DNA of 60,943 nt, filler included, from Sphacelaria rigidula (lineage: Eukaryota), in NCBI GenBank assembly GCA_964200075.2. It is 6 parts of 6 records of this genome, joined end to end, with 100 filler letters (N's around TTAATTAATTAA, not from the genome) between each part and the next. Parts side by side here need not be neighbours in the genome. Positions count along the whole stretch, not along the records: positions 20,349 to 30,422 come from CAXNAA020007201.1; positions 30,523 to 40,596 come from CAXNAA020007202.1; 4 more parts are not named here. The stretch is one strand, 5' to 3'. The number at the start of each line of letters is the position of its first letter. The stretch's first letter is position 1. The notes beneath the pieces are model-generated. The model was given only the letters and a program-made list of their open reading frames with translations, was not told the origin of the DNA and searched no databases. The position numbers were made by a program, and so were the translations under genes. Shown piece after piece: positions 23,701-35,342 of this stretch.

Positions 23701-26700
23701 GGAGGCACACCCGCTACTCCTCAAACGGTGGCAAGGGCCCAAGAGAATGATCGCGAGCTACGGCGTGAAAAGTGTGATTGTCGAACAATACTTTCTATGT
23801 TCGCTGCAGATGTTGTTTGGGCATTTGAAGATCGGTCAAAAGAGAAAGATCGGGGAGCACATGCCGAAAAACATGAAAAGGGTGAGCATAAGCATGGGAT
23901 ACACAGGAACGCTAGTGCGCCACATCGGGTTGAGGCGAAAGAGCAGAGGGCAATCACAAAAGCGACACGGGATCAAGACTCGCCAGACACAACATGCCCA
24001 TCTCCACGTAGAACTGACATTCTTCCCCTGCCGCACGAGATACCAGCCGTTTCTGAGCAGCTTCTCCGTTTGCCGCCTCCTCCACCGCAACCGCACATGC
24101 TCGAGGCGGCGGAACCTAGCGCACCCCGTCGGGTGTTCGATAGCCTAGCTCATCGACAGCTCGCGGTGCGAAATGCCGCGGCAGCAGTGGTGCAAACCCT
24201 AGCGTCTGTGCTGGGCCCACAAACGGGGCTATTGCTGCATGAGTGGACGATTGGTGAGCTCGAAAGCGTCGACGCCTTGTCGATGGAACGCAAGATGCGC
24301 GCTAAAGCGGCTGGGCTGCTGAGTGTTCTAGGTAGACTGGTGCGTTTGGTTCCGAGACGAAGCATTGGTGATTCCTGGGATCGAGTTTTCATCACGCTGA
24401 GGTATGTTTCCTTACGTCCAAAACCATAGAAAGAAGTGAGCGGGCTTACAGTATATATGTCTCACAGACGGTTGGCAGGCTAGCGTGCCGTAGTAGTAAA
24501 CAGTCACATCAAAAACATTTTCTTACCAGACAGCCACTCAGCAGCCAGCTACATAGATCGGCCACCTCCAAGCTGTGCCCTCGAGGTGCGAGGTGTTGAA
24601 GGCAAATGAGTGTGAAACGGACGACGTACGGGCAATCGCTGACGCCATTTCTCGCGCATAACACCTCACCTTTGACCACGGGAATACGGTGGGCAACTAT
24701 CAGAAAACGTTCGAAACCCTCGTTTGTGGGCATCATTTGTACACCAAGAACCACCATGCCGACATGGAGTATGGTCAAGAAGTCAAGTTGTACCTATCCG
24801 CATCGTGAGGGATAATGGCCACGGCCCGAACATGCTTGACGGCAGTGGATTGAGATCGGAGCCGCCAACGACAGAAACAAACGCAGCACAAACTCTTACT
24901 TTGTTTTTTCCTGCCACTTGGATTCCACCCCTCCGCTGGATGCAACCAATCCTACTTCAGACCCTATATGTGCCATCCAGCGTCTTCAGTTCGTCAGGCC
25001 GCGACAGCAGTTCTGCAGAAAATCGCGATAGTGCCAACGGCTCCTTCGCTTGGTGAGCCAGCGTGTGCCGCTGGAACTCCGAGAACATTATCCGCTAGCG
25101 AAATTCCCCCGGAATATAGCAACAACATTGTGTCTGTGCGTGTTGTACTGGGAACCTTGAGCGTCGCGTGGGATGAATCTGGCAATTCGGGCAGTCAGAA
25201 CAATACAATGAGGAACGGTGGTGTCGAGGGCATGTCATGCGGTGTTGCGGACGTCACATCTTGGCTGCGTAGCATCGCGGACGCCAATGCTTCGTGCTCA
25301 GTATCGTCGTCTCCCCGGAGGGGAGGAGGCAGGAGCGAGAATAGCACTGGTGATGAGGACCCTGCGTCAGAGAGTGCCGTACATTCAACAGAAGGGCCCG
25401 CGGCAGATCTACGAACAGGTTGTACGCCTCAGGCGAGACCGTGGACCTTTCGGGAAAGTGTTCTCATGGCTTACGAAGGCGTGCTAAAACACCTCACTCT
25501 AAGTAAAAACGAGCATATTCCCTCTTTGTATTCCTCGGGAGGAGAAGGGTTCACGCTCTCAGTAGAAGCAACGCCGACTTCTACGGCTGAAACACGGGAG
25601 ATTCACACTGCTGACTGCTGGTCAACAGAGGTTGTCGATACTGCTCCGACAATATGCGATATCTTGAAGACAGTGATCCGTCATGCGGAATGGGCACTAT
25701 TCGAAGCAGAGGTGGGGCGGGTGGCGGTCGTTGTGCACGTATAAGGCTACTGTAGATATTTTGTCATGCTTGTCAAATTGATCGTGCGTTGAGTAACGGC
25801 GAAAACGAAATGTCAATGCTGAGGGAAATGCGCTCGTCTCGGGCGTTAATGTTCCCACGAGTCTTGTTTTTGTGTCATTGCCTGGTTAGTTGGTATAATA
25901 TGTAGTGGGGGAGAACAAATTAGAGTGCACACAGGCACTGGCAAAATGAGCCGCGTAACACTCCCTAGAAGGAATGCAGGAGGGGGAAGAACTAAATCTA
26001 TGCCACCGACGGATTAATTTGAACCTTTCAAGTTGCCTTGTTGCTCGACTCAGGTGCGAAGGGACCTGGTTAGTGCTGCCAAGATTCCCATGAGTCATGA
26101 CTTCACAAACGGCGCGATAGAGCTCCGGCGCGCAGGTTCTCAAATTCTCCCGACTTTAGCAAGGGTGCTAGTCTGGTGGGATCGGAACGCACTACTAAAG
26201 TGAGTAAATAGCCAGGATTAGGGTGCCGTCGCTGGATTGTTTCCGCTTCTTCACGGTGGTACCCCGTTGTGCGCTTCATGTAAGTAACTTTCGAGGGCAG
26301 GTCGAGTAGAGTATACTCAATTGCGGAATATTTTGAAAAACGTACTTGTAGTACACAAATTGAGGGTAGGGTATTAGGGATCTCTTTCCAGTTATTGTTT
26401 GGGTACGACTTCTAACACTTTACCCTAATTTGAGTACCTCAAGTACGCCTTTCAAAATACCCCGCAATGGAGTATACTCTACTCGACCTGCCCTTGGTAA
26501 CTTTATCTCGCAAATATGGAAACCCAAGTCTTGCACCGAGCTATGCAATGGTGTCTACCCTGGGGGAATCTATTCGACATTTTTTACTTCTTTTGGTCTG
26601 ATCCCAACGTTCATCTTCCCATGCTTGCTTGCTTGTATGGGAGTAGTGGTAATATTCAGTCATCATCTGGGACAGCGTGAAAAATATCACCTGTTGAACA

Positions 26701-28923
26701 GAAAAATCTGTCATACGTAGTATGTAATAGTTGGATACCTGTATCCAAGTTGTTACCTTCGGCGATGTTCGTGGGCATAGAGCACACAATCTCTATCTTG
26801 CAGCATTATACCATGACAGGCAGATTAAGTACTCTGCGTGCAATGTGCGTAAGGTAGAGGCTACTATTCAGACTTGGGAGGTCCAGCATCCTGAACCTGA
26901 ACAAGCCACTTCTGGTCGATACCCGGTACTGCGGCAAGATCCCTAAGTGGTACACGCGCTCTTTCGTATTATACTGTGCACCTCAGACTTTTACTCGATG
27001 ACCACTGTTATTCACTAGAGACAGGCGGAACAAGGCGTACTCGCTAATTCAACAGTACACTATGCCGCCGTGCCCCGATGGTCTAATGATACAACTGATA
27101 CCATCAAGCGCGAGAAAAATGCTAGTCCGATTCCTGCCAGATGCGCTTGGTTTTCCTCACCGTTGAGAGCGTCAGGACGTGAGTGCAAAAGAGTTGACTG
27201 AGTTTCTTTAACGAGGGCCGACGCCGTATGGGAATGCCAACCTAACCGGCGAGACCAAAACATACGGCGTGTACCTGGAGAGAGTTGAGCTGATCCCTTG
27301 AGATCACGGACTTATCCCGAGGAAGGGAAGGGCTTAGACGTGTGACGAATATATATATATATATATATAGTGCAGGGTGCATAAGCTGAAGTGAAAATCC
27401 TGAGATCTTCAAGAGCTATGTCAATGTATCCACATGGTGCTCCCTGGTCTGCCGTTTGTGCGCCTCGACCAGCCATCCTCTCCGTTAGGTGGGTGCTGCT
27501 TGACTCGGGTGCGCGCAGAGCACCAGGTCGTGCATTTAGTAGATATGCTTGTCAAGCCATCTCCATGTTTCAGATACACTCCAACCACTCCAAATAGCAT
27601 CGATATACGTCATCTAATATTGCGTCGATCTGTTTTCACATTGCCAGGGCATGCAGACACGCCGCGAAAGTTGAGGAGTCCGGAAAATATCTCGATCTTC
27701 TGCGCCGCACTCGTCTGTCGGTGGCATGCGAGCTGGTCAGGGCAGCCGTTGCGCACTCACGACATCTGGTGGAGCTTTACACCGACGCCTCCAGGACGCG
27801 GCGCGGGCCGATACCCACCCGTCACGAAGCGGACGAACTCAGCTCAGTCGGATCTGCTGGTAACGCCACCGCAAACAAAGACGATACTCTTCTGGAGGGC
27901 GATGTTTTTGTACGTGTGGTAGATTCGGAGCGCTGGGGGGCTAGCACCGAGGGTATCTCGGACAGCGGCCCAGGGTCTGAAAGATCGAGGGAAAACTCCG
28001 ATGGTATTCTGGGCCGTTTAAGAATGCTGGCTGAAACTGCGGCAGGATCAAACGTGTCGTCACCGGAAGGTGGTGCTCAGCAAGCTTGTTTGGTCTTGGT
28101 AGCGCGGATAGCTGAGGACGCTATGATGTTGTGTCGGGATGGAGCACCGTTTCTTGCTCAAGCTTTGACGACGATGCCGAACCCCGAAGACCTTAAACTC
28201 CCAGCTGAGATTGAGCCCGCCGTTGCATCAGCAGTCGCTATTCCCGGAGAAGCTTCTTCTGAGCGACAACCATCATCCTCCGATGAAAAGCACGGGCAAA
28301 GCACCTTGGATCCCGCGTGGGTCTTCACGGGTGTAATCGAAGCACTGGTGTTGACAGGAGCATTTTTGGCGACAACAGTTGTTCGCTCCGGGAAGCAGCG
28401 CGGCATCGGCAATAGTTTGAGCCACATGGCGGAAGAAACGTCGACAGGAGCAGTGCAAGGGAGCTCACCTGTTGTCGCCGGGGAGCAGAGGGGATCGCAA
28501 ACTTCCCTCAGTTGCACCGGAAACATTGTTGCTCGACAGCTCAAGCTGCTGCACCAGACTGCGTTCTCTTCCTGTGCTCCTTCGTTAAACTATCGACGAG
28601 AGCACGACCCAAACCGTTTGGCGAGCTGTAGTCCTGTTGCAGGGGGTGATTCAGGAACATCGGCGGGAGCCCGCGACACGAACTCCGTTGCCGGTGGAGA
28701 TGGAACGCGTGGACGTTGTAGCTGTGGAGAGGAGAGCACTGTGACCTGGTTTGCAATACCCTTCACTTCAGGATGTATGCCGATCGTAAATTTGCGAGGC
28801 ATGGCGCCCGACGCAAGACGAGCGCCGAACATGCAAAGGGAGCCTGGGTGCATGTCAGTGGATCACCCTAATGCTGGGGAAAACGCAAAAAGGTCAGCGC
28901 AGCATCAGACTACGGCCCGAAAG
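20759..28923 (+). CDS. Partial multi-exon gene, HEAT/ARM-like helical protein; exons 20759-21239, 22087-22143, 23016-23114, 23530-24401, 24961-25711, 26054-26199, 27648-28923
   Basis: GT-AG exons join in frame; HEAT-like segments GLTDTWSDIRR, SLAHRQLAVRNAAAAVV, HPASSVRQAATAVL, ELRRAGSQILPTLARVL; start and stop not identified. Confidence 0.75.
22414..22540 (+). mobile_element. Degenerate tRNA-like head with A-rich tail (possible SINE)
   Basis: Perfect T-arm CCGGG-TTCAAAT-CCCGG then CTCCCGCCA; 5' half degenerate. Confidence 0.35.
22754..22822 (-). mobile_element. Poly-C-adjacent retroposon 3' end, variant A, with 14-bp TSD
   Basis: 69-bp insert between direct repeats TCCATTCAGGGGGG (22740-22753, 22823-22836). 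Confidence 0.85.
26292..26496. mobile_element. hAT-type MITE (205 bp), intronic
   Basis: Long TIRs C(A/G)AGGGCAGGTCGAGTAGAGTATACTC; perfect 8-bp TSD GTAACTTT; second copy at 47689-47894. Confidence 0.9.
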
Positions 28924-29432
28924 GTGAGCATTCAGATCCTTGTGCACGAGATTCTCGCGAACAAGATGCGGTACCCGAGGGGCAGGGCAGTGTACGCTGT
29001 GCGCTATTTATTCTCCACACCCTGGACAATATAATGTGTAATATATAAAGAGGTTCGGCGGCTTCGCCGCCACGATCAGTGGATCGACACCAAATATACA
29101 TGAGCACCTGTGATAGCTTTGTGCGCTGCGTAACGGCAAAGAATATAGTTTGGAGAGGCCTTAGCTGCTCACCAGCTGAGCGTGCTGTGCTTGACGATTT
29201 AATTTTGAACATGACGTCGATTCCAAAAATGAATATTCTTGCCTCGTTTTTAATCTGAAGATGAAGATAGGTGTCACGTTCACAGGAGCACATGCAACGG
29301 CTTGACCCTTGACAAACAACCCAACACTATCAAGGGTGAGCCTCTGGAACTCATTGCCCCCGCAAAAACAAAAGCACACAGCTCGAGCCGTAGATGGTCA
29401 TTACCTGAGCTGTGCGTGACCTTGCACCAATC

Positions 29433-29989
29433 CAAGGTTGTGTTCTGTAGGGTGCGGTTTTCCGTATACTCGGGGTATTTGCCCGGGTATTTACCGTACC
29501 CGACACTTTCATACCGGTATGCGACAGTTCTGTAAAGTCTGTAACACTTTCATACCCTTATCCGATAGTTCTGTGAGTTCTGTAAGCCTCCCGTACTGTT
29601 ACCGGGGGCACGGGTACGCTCTTGACCAGATACCCGGTTGCGGGTACGGTTTTCTGTGCAACCTTCATACCCTACTCGACATTTTCTGTGAGTTTTGTAC
29701 GCCTCTCATACCCTTGTCTGGCAGTTCTGTGAGTTCTGTACATAATGTATGCCCGTACCCGGAGCGCGGTTATGCTCTTGAAAAAATACCCGATTGCCGG
29801 TACAGTTTTCTGTAGGCCTCCCGTACCGCATCCGACAAGTTCTGTAATTTCTGTAAGAATTCCAAACCTGTACCCGACAGTTGTGGAATTTCTGTAACAC
29901 TTTCATACCGGGACCCGATGTTTCTGTAAGTTCTGCGAGGAATCCCATCACCTGGAGAGTATACCCGTACCCTACAGAACACAAGCTTG
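29433..29989. mobile_element. hAT-like non-autonomous element (~560 bp)
   Basis: TIRs CAAG(G/C)TTGTGTTCTGTAGGGT; many internal TTCTGT(A/G)AG and TACCCG motifs; second copy at 31613-32152. Confidence 0.8.
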
Positions 29990-30162
29990 CATAAATTTGT
30001 TCAGAATTTAATGAGAAACGATGATTTGTGCAACACGCGCGCGAATCGGTGCCAAATCGCGCGTTGCGCAGTGGCACAGGCCATATTTCGAAGGAGACGC
30101 CGTAGCTGCTCATCAACTGAGGACGTCGTTTATTCCCCAGGCCGCGAGGGTAGGTCATCTGG

Positions 30163-30362
30163 TCATGTGTGTGTTGTCATCCCATCTATTCTGGACAACA
30201 GTCTACGCCTTTCAGTATATGTGGGCGCACCAGCCGGGGTCACACAGGAGTAAGGCCAACGCAGGATTTTTTTTCTTTTTTCTTTGTTTTAATTCTCTAC
30301 TTTCCTCCTGCGATGCTTGTCTTTTTATTTTTCAATCGCGAGAGGATTTCAGTAGTTCCTTT
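30163..30362 (-). mobile_element. SINE family 1, 3' half
   Basis: Aligns with 31150-31350 and with the reverse complement of 59890-60085. Confidence 0.75.
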
Positions 30363-30422
30363 TAACAGCCAATCATCTATATTGAGGATGGTGCTATTGA
30401 TTGAGGATGAGAACCCGGAGGA

Positions 30423-30522
30423 NNNNNNNNNNNNNNNNNNNNNNNNNNNNNNNNNNNNNNNNNNNNTTAATTAATTAANNNNNNNNNNNNNNNNNNNNNN
30501 NNNNNNNNNNNNNNNNNNNNNN
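30423..30522. other. Artificial spacer N44-TTAATTAATTAA-N44
   Basis: Identical to the other spacers. Confidence 0.98.
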
Positions 30523-30827
30523 CAGAAGAAATCGTGAATTTGGTGATTTTGAGTCGTGATGATTTGTCCTAACCGTGGATTATTTGTCTTAACCGTCAAA
30601 GTGTCTGGTTTAAGGAGGTAAAATCTATATGGAAATCAAAATGACAAAAGCCGAACAGAGCGAACTGGTGGGAACTCCCAGACTTGGGGTCGTTTTTGTC
30701 AATGTCGCCCATAAGAGGCGCTTCATGCAGTCTGAAGCCAGCTATCATGCGATATACGACCATCTTGTTCGTGACAATTTTGGGGCTGGTCTGGGGGGGG
30801 GGGCGGGGGGCTATCGCAGCATCACTC
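30523..30827. mobile_element. Sola-like MITE, partial (left end not seen, at block edge)
   Basis: Right end GGGGGCTATCGCAGCATCACTC; body homologous to 39385-39630. Confidence 0.6.
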
Positions 30828-31140
30828 AGAAGCAAAAGTATGAAATGGTAAGAGAGAGGAAGCAAGGGGGAGAAGAAAATTGAACACAAAGAACTGGCTC
30901 TGATGAAAATGACGGATCATGACCAAAAATAATATAAGGAATCAAAACACACGGGGAACAGGAGATGGGGTGTCAATGCAGTATGTACCCTTTCACACAC
31001 CGCAAGGCGGGGTGGGTCGTCTGGGCCTTGCATTCATGTTCATGGTGAAAATAGTGCCGACTGACGACCCCAACCTATTTAGCGGTCGAAGGCGGTCGAA
31101 AGATGAAGAATGCTGCTGCATGGGCTTTGGCGTGAGACCC

Positions 31141-31508
31141 AGTGTGTTGTGTGTGTTTGTGTTGTCGTCCTATTCATGCTGGACGCCGGTCTACACCTTA
31201 CGGTATATGTGGGCGCGCCAGCCAGGGTCACACAGGAAGAAGGGCAACACTGGAGCTTTTTATTTTTTATTTGTTTCAAGTACCTCACCTACCTTCTGCG
31301 GTGCGTGCCTTTGTTTTTTATCGCGAGAGGGGTTCGTCAGCCCCTTTCCCTCGTCGAGCGTTGAGTCGAATTTCGTGTACCCACGACATAGTCGCTCTCC
31401 GCTGTTGGACATGGTGTGAGAAAAAATCCCAGATCGCTCCGAGATATGAACCCACGACCCAACCGTCAGGAGGCCTCGAGGTTACCAACTGACCCACCGG
31501 GGCGGCCA
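31141..31508 (-). mobile_element. tRNA-derived SINE family 1, full length
   Basis: Head GCCCCGGTGGGTCAGTTGG (A box)...GGTTCATATC (degenerate B box); body matches 59732-60085; CA-rich tail. Confidence 0.85.
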
Positions 31509-31612
31509 CCCGGGATCACAAAAAACACTGCGGTATGAAGGAGTAGTCAGGGGCGACTGCGGAAAGCGTACGCTGCACGACGGTGAACGAATAAAAACAC
31601 GACAGATATGTT

Positions 31613-32152
31613 CAAGGTTCTGTTCTGTAGGGTACGGTTTTCTGTATACCCGGGGTATTTACCGTACCCGACACGTTCATTCCGGTACCCGACAGTTCTG
31701 TAAACTCTGTACGACTTTCATACCCTTACCCCATAGTTCTGTGAGTTCTGTAAGCCTCCCGTACCTTTACCGGGGGCACGGGTATGCTCTTGGTAATATA
31801 CCCGGTTGCGGGTAACGTTTTCTGTGCGGTCTCCATACCCTGCACGACAGTTTCTGTGAGTCTTGTACGCCTCTCATACCTTTATCCGACGGTTCTGTGA
31901 GTTCTGTACATGATGTATGCCCGCACCCAGAGCGCGGGTATGCCCTTAGAGAAATACCCGATTGCCGGTACGGTTTTTCTGTAAGCCTCCCATACCGTAC
32001 GCGACAAGTTCTGTCATTTCTGTAAGACTTTCAAACCGATACTCGAATGTAATTTCTGTGAGACTGTCATACCGGTGCCCGATATTTCTGTAAGTTATGT
32101 AGGGAATTCCATACCCTACAGAGCATACCTGTACCCTACACAACACAACATA
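31613..32152. mobile_element. hAT-like non-autonomous element, copy 2
   Basis: Colinear with 29433-29989; flanks GATATGTT/TCTATGTT. Confidence 0.8.
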
Positions 32153-32495
32153 TCTATGTTTGTTGATGTGGGATCGTGTTGAACGAGCACGATACGAATG
32201 AAAAGTGTTGGCGGGGAGGTTGGGTGCAACGCGGTACAAGGATATATACCCACGTTTCAAGTAAAGTGTGCAGTCTGAACAAGCGCCCAGACTTGCGCAC
32301 TGGATGTGTGTATGTACAGTACAAAAGGTGTACCCTATATACGTGAGCTTTCAGTATGGTGACCTTGGTTGCCGTGCCGTGTGATTTGTTGTAGTCGTGC
32401 CGCTCTTGTTGATGATGTTAATGGACGTGTTCTCGTCATTATGTAATGACCTTGCACTTTCCGCTGCTTCGCTTCTCGTGTGTAACCACCGTCAG

Positions 32496-35342
32496 GAGTT
32501 TAGCCGACTGGATGACAACATGGGCGTGGTGGTGTTCTCCATAGACTTCGAGGCCATCTGCAGCAGGAGCCAACTCGTCCGATGGCTGGTAGACTCAGGG
32601 GGACCCGCCGTGAGTTTAATTTTTTTTTTGTCTTTAACATGACATGCGCATGCGTTTTTGTTTTGTTTTTTTCCCTTTGAAGGAAGAAACCTCACCCAAC
32701 ACTTACCCCGCGAAAGGCTTCGTGTGCCGATCGATTTACACGAATGGTCGGCTAGACCGACTCGCGGGAGTCATGTGGGGTAGGCGCCTCTAGCCTTGGG
32801 AAAGCTTTGCTCGAGGCAATTGATTGATTGACTGTCGCACTTTGAACCCTTTTTGAACCCATTGACGATTTTTGTTTTTGTGAATCAACATCATTTTCAG
32901 TAATTTTTTCAAGTCAGACTGATGACTGCCGATTCACAAAAACAGAAACCGTCAAAGGGTTCCCAAAAGGTTAACTGACCCCTCCAGAGATCCAGCCCTG
33001 GTCACATGATGGACGCATGCAAAGCCCACTAAAACCCCCCTGTCAACTTGGCGCGGTGCACTCTCCGCCCTACTCTCATGAGCTCCGGCCCTAGGTGTGT
33101 GCGCGTTTGTGCACGCGCACGTGCCGCACGCGGTAGAAGCCCAAGAGCTGAGATGTATCTCTTCACCGTGCTATGTTTCACGGGGTCTATATCGTATCGA
33201 GTGGGCGATGTGATAACGATATAGCAATCACTCATGTGTTGGTTTTTCACTCGGGTGTGTGTGCAACTGTTCCTTCCTGTCGAGAGCGCTTTTTGACTCG
33301 CCTTGGGAAAAACGTCGGGGGTTGCCTCTGCTTGTTGGCGACAAGAATCGGAGAAAAGCGATGCGGGTCTTCTGTCGGTTGCCGTCTATGCTTGACACGT
33401 ATCTTTTTTCGCGCTGTACACCGATGTGCTCACTGTTTGTTGCCTCGAAATTGCGTGCAGACGCTTCGCAGGTCTAGTGCGGCAATGCTGCGCAGCGGGG
33501 CTAGGCCCGTTGCCGTCACGCCTACACCGGAGGGGTTAGATCTGGTGTGGGAGACATTGACGGAAGACCTCGTGGCCGTGCAGGCAGGGAAGCTGTCCGT
33601 TAACATCATCGAGGACCCCCCCGGCCTGAGGTGAGTGCGTTCGCTCCCGTATCCTAAGCGTAGTTCCGTTATGTCCTCTATAGTCGAGCCACTCGTAAAT
33701 AGTTGAGTGTGTGTGTTGTGGGAAATATTTCTCGTACTACTGTTCGTGCGTACGCACCGGCCAACGGCCTTCACACACACCACAATACGTGTAAGTGATG
33801 CTACGACAGGGGGGGCTTTTTCGGCCATTTATTCCACGAAATCCCGCCCGAAATCGTCGTTAAAAGCAGCAACGATGGTTCGAACGCGTTTGTTACTATT
33901 GATGCACGCTCATGTATACCACGTGACGCCGTTTTCACCCAAATACAAGCGCATCGCGAGTCGTGACGTCGTCCGACACACCCTTTGCCCTGCACGTGCA
34001 CCAACCGCCCCTGCTGCCGCCCTCGCCGCCCGTCTGCCTACCGTTGCATATATATCGTTGTGCGGCTCTCTTGTCGCGGAAGGGTTTCCCGTGTGAAGGG
34101 ACCGGGACAGCCCCAGAGCAAAGCCCTCGCGGGTGAAGAGGAGATCGTGCAGAGCCTGCTTGAGGGCATCAACACCGTGGCCTACCCCAAGGCCTTCGTG
34201 AAGAGGAAACTTCCGAAAGAAGCACGCATTTCCGTGGAGGAAGTTGCACAGGCAATGGAAAAGGCGGCGACGGTAACGGGGGCGTCGCCGCCGGCGGCCA
34301 ACGCAGAAGCCACGAAGTCTTCTTTGCCAGGTGGGAGAAGGATTGAGGATTGTATCGATGCGGCCCCCCAAGCATGTACACTCATGCATGTGGTGGATTC
34401 GGGAGTTGTTTGCTTGCGTATCAGCTGCGTGGGCCGTACATGTTGTGTTTTTCTGGGCTCTCACAGAGGAGGGAGGGTACTCATGGTCTTGCATCCCCTA
34501 GTCATACGCGTCGTGTCTTTGTGGGTTCACAGAGGAGGGGGGGTGCGCATAACCTTGCATGCCCTCGTCGTGCGCGTTGTGTCTTCCTGGTTCACAGAGG
34601 AGGGGTATGTGTTCCTGATGTTGCATGCCCTGGCCATACGACTGTTGACACAGAGGAGGGGGGTGGGGCAGGGGGCAGCTGGGGAGATTGACTGCATGAA
34701 GCGGGGGGTGTTCAACTTAATTTTCTGCCTAGCTTTTCGGCAGACGGAGAAATCACCGTGCTGGTTTATATATACTTCGTTCAATGTGTCTGGATTGGAA
34801 GAACGCGCGCGCTATTTACTTTTGCATCGACTTTTTCTTTCAAGGACAAGGAGCAAGCAAATAGAGCAGTCAGCAAGTACTGCGTACTTAGTGCCGAAGC
34901 GAATACGTTTTCGTCGTCACCTCGCTTCTTTTTTTCCATCCTCCGCCTCTCCTGTGTGTGTTTTTTCTTTCGTCATGACCTCCTTTTCCCAACGACTGAA
35001 CGGAAAAACGTTTTTGGGCGATGATGAGCTCACCGCCGATACCGTGTACGTACTCTTTATGTCGGACCATCTGTCAAGCCTGCTCCTCAGCGGAGTACCC
35101 TCGCACGTTCTCCACCTTCTCGTGACCCTATCTAATCTGTGCCCTTTCACCATATACGGTTGTTGCCCCCTGTTTTTTTTTCACCATTCAACCCCTCCTC
35201 CCCCCCACCGCACTCACCCTCCCCGGCATCGACAGAGCCACAACAGCGCGATACGGAGCCAGCAACAACAACAACGGCAGCGGCCAAGCCACCAAGTAAG
35301 GGGCGAGGGCGGCGGTCTGGCGGCAAGCGCAAGTCCAAGTAG
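32496..35342 (+). CDS. 3' part of an unknown protein gene; exons 32496-32609, 33461-33630, 34083-34330, 35235-35342
   Basis: GT-AG exons splice in frame (EFSRLDDNMG.../TLRRSSAAM...PPGLR/VSRVKGPG.../EPQQRD...KRKSK*). Confidence 0.7.
32847..32970. mobile_element. piggyBac-type MITE
   Basis: Near-palindromic; CCCTTTT...AAAAGG ends flanked by TGAA/TTAA; related copy at 50514-50631. Confidence 0.7.
34460..34670 (+). repeat. Intronic minisatellite, ~65-bp unit, about 3 copies
   Basis: CACAGAGGAGGG recurs at ~34462, 34528, 34593, 34649, with TTGCAT(C/G)CCCT between. Confidence 0.7.
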
